Shown piece after piece: positions 14,597 to 22,637 of a DNA stretch of 33,426 nucleotides. The position numbers were made by a program, and so were the translations under genes. Source of the stretch: a virus. Its lineage: Duplodnaviria > Heunggongvirae > Uroviricota > Caudoviricetes. How positions within the stretch are numbered: position 1 is the stretch's first letter; each line of letters opens with the position of its first letter. The notes beneath the pieces are model-generated. The model saw only the letters and a list, made by a program, of their open reading frames with translations. It had not been told where the DNA came from and did no database searches. The DNA lies in the IMG/VR virus record IMGVR_UViG_2579778982_000017; one strand, given 5' to 3'.

Positions 14597-16167
14597 ATAT
14601 TCTTGATCGAGTTATTGCGCCGTTTTCACCTCAGAGGGCATTAAATCGAGCTTTGGCAAGAAAACGGTTAGAAGCACTTGAAGGTATTAATAACCTTGGA
14701 TATTCACGTCATGGTGCAAGCACTCATAAAAAATCATTAAGGGGTTGGTTTAGTAAAGCTGGTTCTCCTGATGATGATATTGTTAAAAATATAGATAAAT
14801 TGCGTGAGCGTTCTCGTGATCTCTTCATGGGAAACCCGCTATCGGTTGGCGCAATAAAAACTATCAGGACAAACGTTGTTGGTTCCGGTTTAAAACTAAA
14901 TGCGAACATTGATGCCGATTTCTTGGGGATGACGCAGGAAGAAGCGCGAGCATGGGAAAAGCATGTTGAGCGTGAGTTTAGATTATGGGCTGATTCTCCA
15001 AATTGTGATGCATCAAGAATGTGTACTTTTGGACAATTGCAATCATTGGTTCAAATATCTGCTTTAACATCTGGCGATATATTTGCTGCGCTACCAGTTA
15101 TTAAGCGTAAGGGTGTTATATATGATTTGTGCGTCTATTTAATTGAAGGTGATCGTGTTTGCAATCCAGAGGATCGTTTTATACCAAATCTTTACGGTGG
15201 CGTAGAGGTTGGTGAATTTAGCGAGCCTGTGGCGTACTGGGTTGCAAAACATCACCCAGCCGGGACTTCTGGTTTTGTAACCCGCAAGTGGGAACGTATT
15301 CCCGCATATGGGAGTAAAACAGGAAGAAGAAATATTCTGCATGTCATGCAGGATTTTGAAAGGCCTGGGCAACGCCGTGGCGTTCCTGTCCTTGCTCCTG
15401 TAATTGAAGCATTGAAGCAGTTAGGACGATACACCGATGCTGAATTGGTTGCTGCGGTTGTGTCAGGGATGTTTACTGTCTTTATTAAAACAGACGCTCC
15501 TGATGGACCAGTCGGTGAATCGGGTATCCCTCAGTACGAGCAGATCGATAACCATGATGATAACACCCAAGAAATGGGGAATGGCTCCATAGTAAGTTTG
15601 GGTGAAGGTGAGTCGATAGATACAGCAAATCCCGGGCGACCAAATACGGCATTTGATGGTTTTGTTGTCGCCATATGCCGTCAAATTGGGGCTGCTTTAG
15701 AACTCCCTTACGAACTCTTGGTAAAGCATTTTACAGCAAGTTATAGCGCAAGCAGGGCCGCATTACTTGAAGCCTGGAAAATGTTCCGTATGCGACGTGA
15801 CTGGATGGTTCAGTCATTTTGCCAACCGATCTATGAGGAATGGTTGGCCGAAGCCGTTGCTAAAGGTCGTGTTATTGCCCCTGGTTTTTTTTATGGGCCT
15901 GAATATCGCGCTGCATGGAGTGGCGCTCAATGGTATGGCCCATCACAAGGCCAATTAGATCCCCTTAAAGAAGTCAAAGCTGCAAAACTGCGTGTTGAGG
16001 AAACATTCTCTACCCGTGAAAAGGAAGCGGCTGAAATGTCAGGTCTTAACTGGGAAGAAACCGCACAAATTTGTGGCAGAGAAGAGAATGCTCGCCGTGA
16101 ATTGGGGCTGATTACGCCTCCTGTTTCTGAGGTAAATGAACAAAATATGGAGACAGATGATGCCTAA
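14593..16167 (+). CDS. Portal protein (lambda gpB family)
   Basis: 524 aa; position and segments such as MTQEEARAWEKHVEREFRLWADSPNCD are consistent with lambda-type portals. Confidence 0.85.
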   Translation: MNILDRVIAPFSPQRALNRALARKRLEALEGINNLGYSRHGASTHKKSLRGWFSKAGSPDDDIVKNIDKLRERSRDLFMGNPLSVGAIKTIRTNVVGSGLKLNANIDADFLGMTQEEARAWEKHVEREFRLWADSPNCDASRMCTFGQLQSLVQISALTSGDIFAALPVIKRKGVIYDLCVYLIEGDRVCNPEDRFIPNLYGGVEVGEFSEPVAYWVAKHHPAGTSGFVTRKWERIPAYGSKTGRRNILHVMQDFERPGQRRGVPVLAPVIEALKQLGRYTDAELVAAVVSGMFTVFIKTDAPDGPVGESGIPQYEQIDNHDDNTQEMGNGSIVSLGEGESIDTANPGRPNTAFDGFVVAICRQIGAALELPYELLVKHFTASYSASRAALLEAWKMFRMRRDWMVQSFCQPIYEEWLAEAVAKGRVIAPGFFYGPEYRAAWSGAQWYGPSQGQLDPLKEVKAAKLRVEETFSTREKEAAEMSGLNWEETAQICGREENARRELGLITPPVSEVNEQNMETDDA

Positions 16168-17224
16168 TTGGTGGGAAATAAAAAATAGCACGGGTGAAGA
16201 TGACTCTCCGGCTGAACTTTTAATCTACGGATATATTGGCGAATTTGATGAGGTTTCTTCTTCTGACATAGTTAATAAATTAAAGGATATATCATCAAAT
16301 GCTATCAACGTAAAAATTAATAGTTATGGTGGTTCTGTTTTTACTGCTCAAGCTATTCTTTCTTCATTAAAACGTCATAAGGCTAATATTACTGTTTATA
16401 TTGATGGTATTGCTGCATCGGCTGCAACCATTATTGCAATGGCAGGTGATAAAGTCGTTATCCCATCTAATGCTATGATGATGATCCATAATCCGTGGAC
16501 ATTTGCTGCTGGTGATGCGGATGAACTACGTGATATTGCTGAGATGATGGATAAGATACGAGATAGTATTTTATCTGCATATAAGGAGAAAACAGGGCTT
16601 TCTGAGGATAAATTAATTGAACTAATGGATCAGGAAACATGGCTAAATGCAGAAGAGGCTGTAGAGCTTGGATTTGCTGACGAAGTTGAAAAACCAATGC
16701 GCTTATCCGCTTCTATAAATGAAGGGATGCTTTCGCTCAATGGAATAACTTTTGAAGCATCAAGGTTTTCAAAATTACCTGATTCGCTCGCAAAGTTGCC
16801 ACAAAATAAAAATGAATTATCTACTGAATTAAATGAACAAAATGAGGACGATGTTGTGACTCTTGATGAATTAAAAAATAAACATCCAGAATTATACAAT
16901 CAGGTTTTTAATGCTGGTAAAGACGAGGGCGTTAAATCAGAACGCGAGCGCATTGAAACAATCGAGAATAGCGTAATTCCAGGTCATGACGACCTGGTTA
17001 AGAATGCAAAGTTCAAAACGGGAATTTCTGCGGCTGAACTTGCTTTAGAAATTATGAATGCAGAGCGAGCGCGTAACAAAAACTTTCTTAATCAACGGCA
17101 AGAAGACGCAAATGAGGTGAATGATTCAGTTGATGTTAATCAACCAGAAAACAACGGCGATAAACAAGCTGAAGTAGTAAAAAATGTTATTGGGTCAGTA
17201 TTTAAAAACCGCGATAAAAATTAA
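16157..17224 (+). CDS. Prohead protease (ClpP/S49-like) with C-terminal scaffold-like extension
   Basis: N-terminal ~200 aa have ClpP-like signatures (YGGSVFTAQAI, IDGIAASAATIIAMAGD, MMMIHNPW); C-terminal ~150 aa charged and helical. ATG 16157 after GGAG, overlapping the portal stop. Confidence 0.8.
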   Translation: MMPNWWEIKNSTGEDDSPAELLIYGYIGEFDEVSSSDIVNKLKDISSNAINVKINSYGGSVFTAQAILSSLKRHKANITVYIDGIAASAATIIAMAGDKVVIPSNAMMMIHNPWTFAAGDADELRDIAEMMDKIRDSILSAYKEKTGLSEDKLIELMDQETWLNAEEAVELGFADEVEKPMRLSASINEGMLSLNGITFEASRFSKLPDSLAKLPQNKNELSTELNEQNEDDVVTLDELKNKHPELYNQVFNAGKDEGVKSERERIETIENSVIPGHDDLVKNAKFKTGISAAELALEIMNAERARNKNFLNQRQEDANEVNDSVDVNQPENNGDKQAEVVKNVIGSVFKNRDKN

Positions 17225-17233
17225 GGTGAGTTT

Positions 17234-17617
17234 ATGCGAGAGTCTTTTTCATTTGAACCAGATAATCTGATTATTTCTGGTGGTATGCCAGCAATTACAA
17301 CAAGTATTAAACTTGCCAGCGGTAAAGTAAATCGAGGTGAGTTGCTTGCTTTTGTCAGTATTGATCAGACAACAAATGTTGTCACTGTGGCACCAATAAA
17401 TCTCTCTGGTGAGGGGGTGGCAAAAGAACCGTATTGTATCGCTCAACATAGTATTGATGCGACTGATTCAGCGCAAGTTGGAACAGCATGGCTGACCGGA
17501 ATGTTCAATGCACATGCGGTTATCCTTCCTGAATCAGCAAAGATTGCCGATGTATATCTGGCTTGCCGGAAGGTTGGGATATTCCTTAATACCGCACAAC
17601 AAAATCCATCTGCATAA
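17234..17617 (+). CDS. Putative head decoration protein (by position between protease and major capsid)
   Basis: 127-aa protein in the lambda gpD position; no clear sequence match recalled. Confidence 0.5.
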   Translation: MRESFSFEPDNLIISGGMPAITTSIKLASGKVNRGELLAFVSIDQTTNVVTVAPINLSGEGVAKEPYCIAQHSIDATDSAQVGTAWLTGMFNAHAVILPESAKIADVYLACRKVGIFLNTAQQNPSA

Positions 17618-17637
17618 TATAAAGAGGTCGTATTTTT

Positions 17638-18681
17638 ATGCCGAATATTGATATTTTTGAACGACGTACAATGCTTGAGCCTGTTATTCAGAATTTCAAG
17701 GCTCGTCGTTTTCTTCTTCGTACCTTTTTTCCTGGTGTTCAGACCTTTAATACAAAGAAAGTTGATCTGGATTTTGTTCGCGGTGGCCGTACTATGGCTC
17801 CGTTTGTTGGTAAAGGTTTTGGCTCAAAAACCGTTGAGCGACGCGGCTTTGTAACGAGAACTCTGGAGCCACCACTTGTTGCACCTGATTTGGTAACAAC
17901 AGCCGAGCTGCTTTTAAACAGGCTTCCGGGTGAGAATATTTACAACGCAAAATCGCCAGCAGAACGAGCCGCCGAGCAATTAGGTAAAGATTTGCTTGAG
18001 CTTGATGAAATGGTTAACCGCCGTGAAGAATGGATGTGTGCACAAGTCTTGTTTACGGGGCAGGTTGATATTGTTGGTGAAGGAGTGGATGACACAGTTT
18101 ATTTTTGGCCTGAAGAGGAAGGAGATAAACCATATCTTGAACTGACAGGTGATGATTTATGGAGTGCAGCAAAATCAGATCCGTTGGTTAATGTTCGCAA
18201 CTGGAGACGTCGGGTATCACTAACTTCAGGTTTTACACCTCGTGTTGCCGTAATGGGCGCAAAAGTTGTTGATGCCTTCGTTAAAAATGAAGCAGTAACT
18301 AAATATCTTGAGAATCGCCGAAAAGAGCTTGGGTATATTGAGCCTAAGGAGTTAGAAGAAGGCGTAACTCATTATGGCAATCTTGAAGGTGTCGATTTTT
18401 ATGGTTACGACGAACTTATTCGCAATGATAAAACAGGAAAACCAGAACCATTAGTACCGGAAGATAAGATCCTCTTTGGCTCTCCTGGTCGAGGAACGAT
18501 GCTGTATGGTGCTGTAGAGCTTGTAGATGACGCCGAAAAGACTCTAACGATTGTTGAGTCACCGCGAGTTCCAGACACCTGGGTAACTCGTAAGCCGGCT
18601 GGCCGTTATGTTGCCATGAAGTCATCTCCACTGCCTAATCCAGGTGTGGCTGATGCCTATCTGGTGGCTAAGGTGGTTTAA
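17638..18681 (+). CDS. Major capsid protein (lambda gpE family)
   Basis: 347 aa; N-terminal RRFLLRTFFPG parallels LFLRLFFRESYPF of lambda E; correct size and position. Confidence 0.85.
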   Translation: MPNIDIFERRTMLEPVIQNFKARRFLLRTFFPGVQTFNTKKVDLDFVRGGRTMAPFVGKGFGSKTVERRGFVTRTLEPPLVAPDLVTTAELLLNRLPGENIYNAKSPAERAAEQLGKDLLELDEMVNRREEWMCAQVLFTGQVDIVGEGVDDTVYFWPEEEGDKPYLELTGDDLWSAAKSDPLVNVRNWRRRVSLTSGFTPRVAVMGAKVVDAFVKNEAVTKYLENRRKELGYIEPKELEEGVTHYGNLEGVDFYGYDELIRNDKTGKPEPLVPEDKILFGSPGRGTMLYGAVELVDDAEKTLTIVESPRVPDTWVTRKPAGRYVAMKSSPLPNPGVADAYLVAKVV

Positions 18682-19074
18682 ATGGCCAGACTGATTAAAA
18701 ATATTGATACGATAAGCCACGGCTCGCTAAAAGCGGGCCGTTTGCTTAATGGGCTAATGGATAACTCCAGAATTGCTGAACTGATTGCGTCAGGACATGC
18801 TATTGCCACCGAAGAGGATGGGGATTTGGCATCGGCCGGGGGCTATGATGCTGCTAAGTTAGCTTTTGAGCATGGATACGCATCTGCTGTTAATGATGCT
18901 GTGGACGCGGGGTTGATTACGCGAACGGAGGCGGGTAGCTGTGTATTCGAGGTTGAGTTTGAGGATGATGGCGGCAATGAGGAAACGGTTGCTGATGATT
19001 CATCTGAATCTGTAGCTACTTCTGATACCAGTAATGCGAAAAAATCAACGCAAAAAAAAGGTAATAATAAGTAA
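18682..19074 (+). CDS. Hypothetical head-associated protein with acidic C-terminus
   Basis: 130 aa, starts 1 nt after the capsid stop; function unassigned. Confidence 0.5.
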   Translation: MARLIKNIDTISHGSLKAGRLLNGLMDNSRIAELIASGHAIATEEDGDLASAGGYDAAKLAFEHGYASAVNDAVDAGLITRTEAGSCVFEVEFEDDGGNEETVADDSSESVATSDTSNAKKSTQKKGNNK

Positions 19075-19418
19075 TGAACTCCTTCAAAGAGGTTATAGCG
19101 CAAGATATTTCTGCAATATTCCTCAATGAAAAAGAGTTTGCCAATACATATAACATAGACGGCAAGGATATCCTTGCCGTTATTGATACAGACCTTATTC
19201 ATGAGCGGAATAAACGCTCATATGCTGAGTTTGCAGAGGGAATAAATCAGGGGCAAATAATATTATTTGTTTCAAGAAAAGATTTTCCTGTTCTCCCAGT
19301 CAAAGACCAGTCAATGAAAATCAACGGTAAAAATTATATTGTTGATGAAGTATCAGATAATGTTGGTGTATTGGAAATAACTCTCACTGTTAATACTAAC
19401 AGAGGAATGCCGATTTGA
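19074..19418 (+). CDS. Putative head-tail connector/completion protein
   Basis: 114-aa ORF overlapping neighbours, between capsid and sheath genes; positional inference only. Confidence 0.45.
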   Translation: MNSFKEVIAQDISAIFLNEKEFANTYNIDGKDILAVIDTDLIHERNKRSYAEFAEGINQGQIILFVSRKDFPVLPVKDQSMKINGKNYIVDEVSDNVGVLEITLTVNTNRGMPI

Positions 19419-19900
19419 TTAATCTTTTGATAGATGCAATAAAAAATCGGTTGGAACATGAGGTTTTCCATGATTTATTAGTGCAGGGACCTCCTTATGA
19501 TGAAACAGACAGCGATATTAAATTGTTTGTTCCAACAATATTTAAAGGGTACTTGCCTCCTAAATCACAACCATCTCCAGATAAACCGCCAGAATTTCCT
19601 CATGTGATTATCAGGCCCACGGAAGGAGGAATGCAGCCTGAAACGGATGAAGTTAAGGTTAAGTTTCTTCTAGGTGGTTTTTGTGAGGACCATACTGGAT
19701 ATGAATGGGTAATGGCTCTTCTTGAAAGGATGATGTTTCATTTTCAGGAGAGGCCTTTACTTGAAGAGAAATTTCTTTTTCAGGGCGATATCAGATGGCG
19801 AATGTTTGATGATCAACCGTATCCATATTGGATAACGGAAGCAACTGGAACGTGGCTAGTATTAAAGCCTCAGAATATTCAGTCTCAGGAGTTTATCTAA
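19415..19900 (+). CDS. Putative head-tail connector / tail completion protein
   Basis: 161-aa ORF in the same coupled array; positional inference only. Confidence 0.45.
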   Translation: MINLLIDAIKNRLEHEVFHDLLVQGPPYDETDSDIKLFVPTIFKGYLPPKSQPSPDKPPEFPHVIIRPTEGGMQPETDEVKVKFLLGGFCEDHTGYEWVMALLERMMFHFQERPLLEEKFLFQGDIRWRMFDDQPYPYWITEATGTWLVLKPQNIQSQEFI

Positions 19901-20191
19901 ATGGCTAATAAGAAAAGTAGTAAAGAAGATATAGAAAAGAAGGAAGATGTTGCTCAAACATTTGTATATATAGGACCAACAATCCCTCAACTCTCAATTT
20001 TGAAGCATAAATTATTTAAGAATGGCTTATCTCCAGAGTGTAAAAAATTAATATCACATATTCCTGGTGCAAAGTGTTTGTTTGTGGCAACCAGTGATTT
20101 TGCAGATGCAGAGAAAAGACTTTCTGATAAAACCAGTGTCGAGTATGTAATGTACTCTAGAGTTTCTTCTTCTATCATGGAGATTAAATAA
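19901..20191 (+). CDS. Hypothetical protein preceding the tail sheath
   Basis: 96-aa ORF; stop overlaps the sheath start. Confidence 0.4.
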   Translation: MANKKSSKEDIEKKEDVAQTFVYIGPTIPQLSILKHKLFKNGLSPECKKLISHIPGAKCLFVATSDFADAEKRLSDKTSVEYVMYSRVSSSIMEIK

Positions 20192-21654
20192 TGGGATATC
20201 GCCACGGTATTTATATATCTGAGCTGGCTACATCTATAACTCCTCCAGTGCAAGTTAGTGCTGGGTTGATTGTCGCATTTGGTACGGCTCCTGTTAATCA
20301 GTTAGAAGATCCAGCCTCAGCGGTAAATAAACCTATCATTGCTTATACATACGCAGAGGCCGTATCTAAAATAGGATATAGCACAAACTTCGAGAAATAT
20401 ACTTTAAGCGAAGTAATTAAAGTCGCATTTGGAATATATGGTGTTGCGCCAGTTGTATTTATCAATGTGCTTGATCCAGCAAAGCATAAGAAAGACGTTA
20501 CTGATGAGTTAGTAAAACTTTCTGGCGGGAAAGGTACGCTCTCTAACGATGGTGTCTTATATAAATCTGTTGTTGTGAAAAAAGCAGATGGTGATTCGCC
20601 TGGGTTAACGGTTGATACCGATTATGTGCTGGCGCTGGATGATAATGGCTATACGGTCATTACAGCTATTAGCGGAGGAAAAATTACCGAAAAAGACGCT
20701 ACTCTTAAGGTTAGTTATACGCATCTTGATCCCGGTGCCGTAACTAAAAATGACATTATCGGTGGTGTGGATTCCAACACTAAAGCCAATACAGGGCTTG
20801 AGTTACTGTCAGATGTGTATCCCCGCTTCAAGTTAGTTCCTGGACAAGTGATTGCACCTGGATTTAGTTCTGATAGTGAAGTTGGTCAGCTAATGGCGGC
20901 TAAAGCCGCGCTGATTAGTGAATTGTTCAAAGCAGAAGCTATAACGGATGCGCCGACCGATAAATCTACTATCAGTGATTACTCGGCTGTTCCTGAATGG
21001 AAACAGAACAATAATCACATGGCCGCTAACCAGACAGTGTGCTGGCCGATGGTGAAACTTGGTGACAATATTTACCATCACTCAACCCATTTAGCGGCCG
21101 CAACATGCTTGCTGGATAGTCAGTATGGTGATATTCCATCACGTTCTCCGTCAAATATAAAACTACAGATGGACGGTGCTGTACGTAAAGATGGCAGTGA
21201 AGTATGGCTTAACATTAGCCAGGCAAACTACTTAAATGGACAGGGGATTGTAACAAGCCTTAATTTTGATGGTTGGAAATCATGGGGAAACCGTAATGCT
21301 ATTTATCCAACATCTACAGACCCCAAAGACGCATTTCGTGTTTGCCGACGTATGTTTAACTGGGTGGGTAATACGTTAATTCTTTCGCATTGGTCAAAAA
21401 TAGACAATCCTGCAAACCGTCGATTAATTGAATCGATTGTTACAAGTGCGAATATTTGGCTTAACGGCCTCACAGGTAATCAGGATATTGCAGGTGGTGT
21501 TGTTACCTTTGATCAGTCTGAAAACACGATTACGTCATTGATGGACGGGATTGTTAAATTCCATGTAAAAATGACACCATTCTCACCTGCCAGAGATATA
21601 GAGTTCGTCATGGAATATAATCCTGATTATCTGCTGAACTTGTTTTCTGAATAA
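20191..21654 (+). CDS. Contractile tail sheath protein (P2 FI-like)
   Basis: 487 aa, N-terminus MGYRHGIYISEL like sheath N-termini (P2 FI begins with a YHHG-type motif as I recall); followed by tube, chaperone and tape measure. Confidence 0.85.
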   Translation: MGYRHGIYISELATSITPPVQVSAGLIVAFGTAPVNQLEDPASAVNKPIIAYTYAEAVSKIGYSTNFEKYTLSEVIKVAFGIYGVAPVVFINVLDPAKHKKDVTDELVKLSGGKGTLSNDGVLYKSVVVKKADGDSPGLTVDTDYVLALDDNGYTVITAISGGKITEKDATLKVSYTHLDPGAVTKNDIIGGVDSNTKANTGLELLSDVYPRFKLVPGQVIAPGFSSDSEVGQLMAAKAALISELFKAEAITDAPTDKSTISDYSAVPEWKQNNNHMAANQTVCWPMVKLGDNIYHHSTHLAAATCLLDSQYGDIPSRSPSNIKLQMDGAVRKDGSEVWLNISQANYLNGQGIVTSLNFDGWKSWGNRNAIYPTSTDPKDAFRVCRRMFNWVGNTLILSHWSKIDNPANRRLIESIVTSANIWLNGLTGNQDIAGGVVTFDQSENTITSLMDGIVKFHVKMTPFSPARDIEFVMEYNPDYLLNLFSE

Positions 21655-21670
21655 ATAATAGGAGGTTGCT

Positions 21671-22192
21671 TTGAGCAATCAAATTCCTGAGAGACTTATT
21701 AACTTTACAGTATACGGTGAGGGAAACCGTATTATCGGTGTTGCTGACGCAAAGCTGCCATCAATCGAGATGATGACAGAGACAGTTAGTGGTGCAGGTA
21801 TTGCTGGAGAGCTTGAGAGCGGAACGCTGGGGCATTTCAAACCAATGACCGTCTCTCTTAAATGGCGAACCCTAACCTCTGCTGGTACAAAATTATTTCT
21901 ATCCTCATCGCATCAGGTAGATTTTCGTGGTAGCCAGCAGGTTTATGATGCCGGAACAGGAAAATATAAAACGGTTCCCATTCGGGCTTCAATGAAGCTA
22001 AACCCTAAAAAACTGGATTTAGGTTCGCTACAGGTGGCAAAGGCTACTGATTCAGAGAATGAATTTGAAGTTCTCTATATCAAATTATTTATTGATGGAA
22101 AAGAAGTCCTGGAAATTGATAAATTGAACTTTATTTGTATCTTCGATGGTGAAGATATATTAAAAAGCGTTCGTGATGATTTAGGTTTATAA
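21671..22192 (+). CDS. Tail tube protein (P2 FII-like)
   Basis: 173 aa directly after the sheath; TTG start 5 nt after GGAGG. Confidence 0.75.
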   Translation: MSNQIPERLINFTVYGEGNRIIGVADAKLPSIEMMTETVSGAGIAGELESGTLGHFKPMTVSLKWRTLTSAGTKLFLSSSHQVDFRGSQQVYDAGTGKYKTVPIRASMKLNPKKLDLGSLQVAKATDSENEFEVLYIKLFIDGKEVLEIDKLNFICIFDGEDILKSVRDDLGL

Positions 22193-22201
22193 GGTGACAA
22201 A

Positions 22202-22483
22202 ATGGAAACCGTTAAATTAAGTAAAGAGTATCGTTTTGAAGACTTCGAGCCGGTGACTGAACTCAACCTTGATTTAGACAACCTAAAAGGCAGCGATATT
22301 TTAGAAGTATCGGACTTACTACAATCTCAAGGGCATGTTACAGTTCAAACATCACTTGATCATAAAGTCCACGTTGCTCTGGCTGCTCGCTGTATTGGCC
22401 GTCCGATAGAGTATCTGAATGGATTGCCAGCGAAAGACTTTGTTAAAGTTTGCCAAAAGGTACAGAATTTTTTGCTCTCGTAG
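22202..22483 (+). CDS. Tail assembly chaperone (P2 gpE / lambda gpG analogue); -1 frameshift would extend translation to 22632
   Basis: 93 aa between tube and tape measure; slippery T_TTT_TTG at 22468-22474 enters the overlapping -1 ORF (22450-22632) that ends 6 nt before the tape measure start. Confidence 0.7.
   Translation: METVKLSKEYRFEDFEPVTELNLDLDNLKGSDILEVSDLLQSQGHVTVQTSLDHKVHVALAARCIGRPIEYLNGLPAKDFVKVCQKVQNFLLS
22468..22474 (+). other. Programmed -1 ribosomal frameshift slippery heptamer (T TTT TTG)
   Basis: X_XXY_YYZ heptamer in the 0 frame, 7 nt before the chaperone stop; the -1 frame stays open for ~50 further codons. Confidence 0.6.
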
Positions 22484-22637
22484 GTTTTGATGAGCAAAAA
22501 CCTATTGATAAGCAAATAATGAGGGCCGCGAGTTCTCTATCTCAATCATCTCAATCAACACCTATATCCTACTGGCTTTCGCTTCGGTTGAGGCGAATCG
22601 TCGCATGGATTGACGTGTTTAATGAGGATTAATACTA

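Noticed and set aside
22450-22632. Track ORF 22450-22632 as an independent gene
   Set aside because: Starts with TTG, has no RBS, and is exactly the -1 frame continuation of the tail chaperone after the slippery site; interpreted as the frameshift extension.
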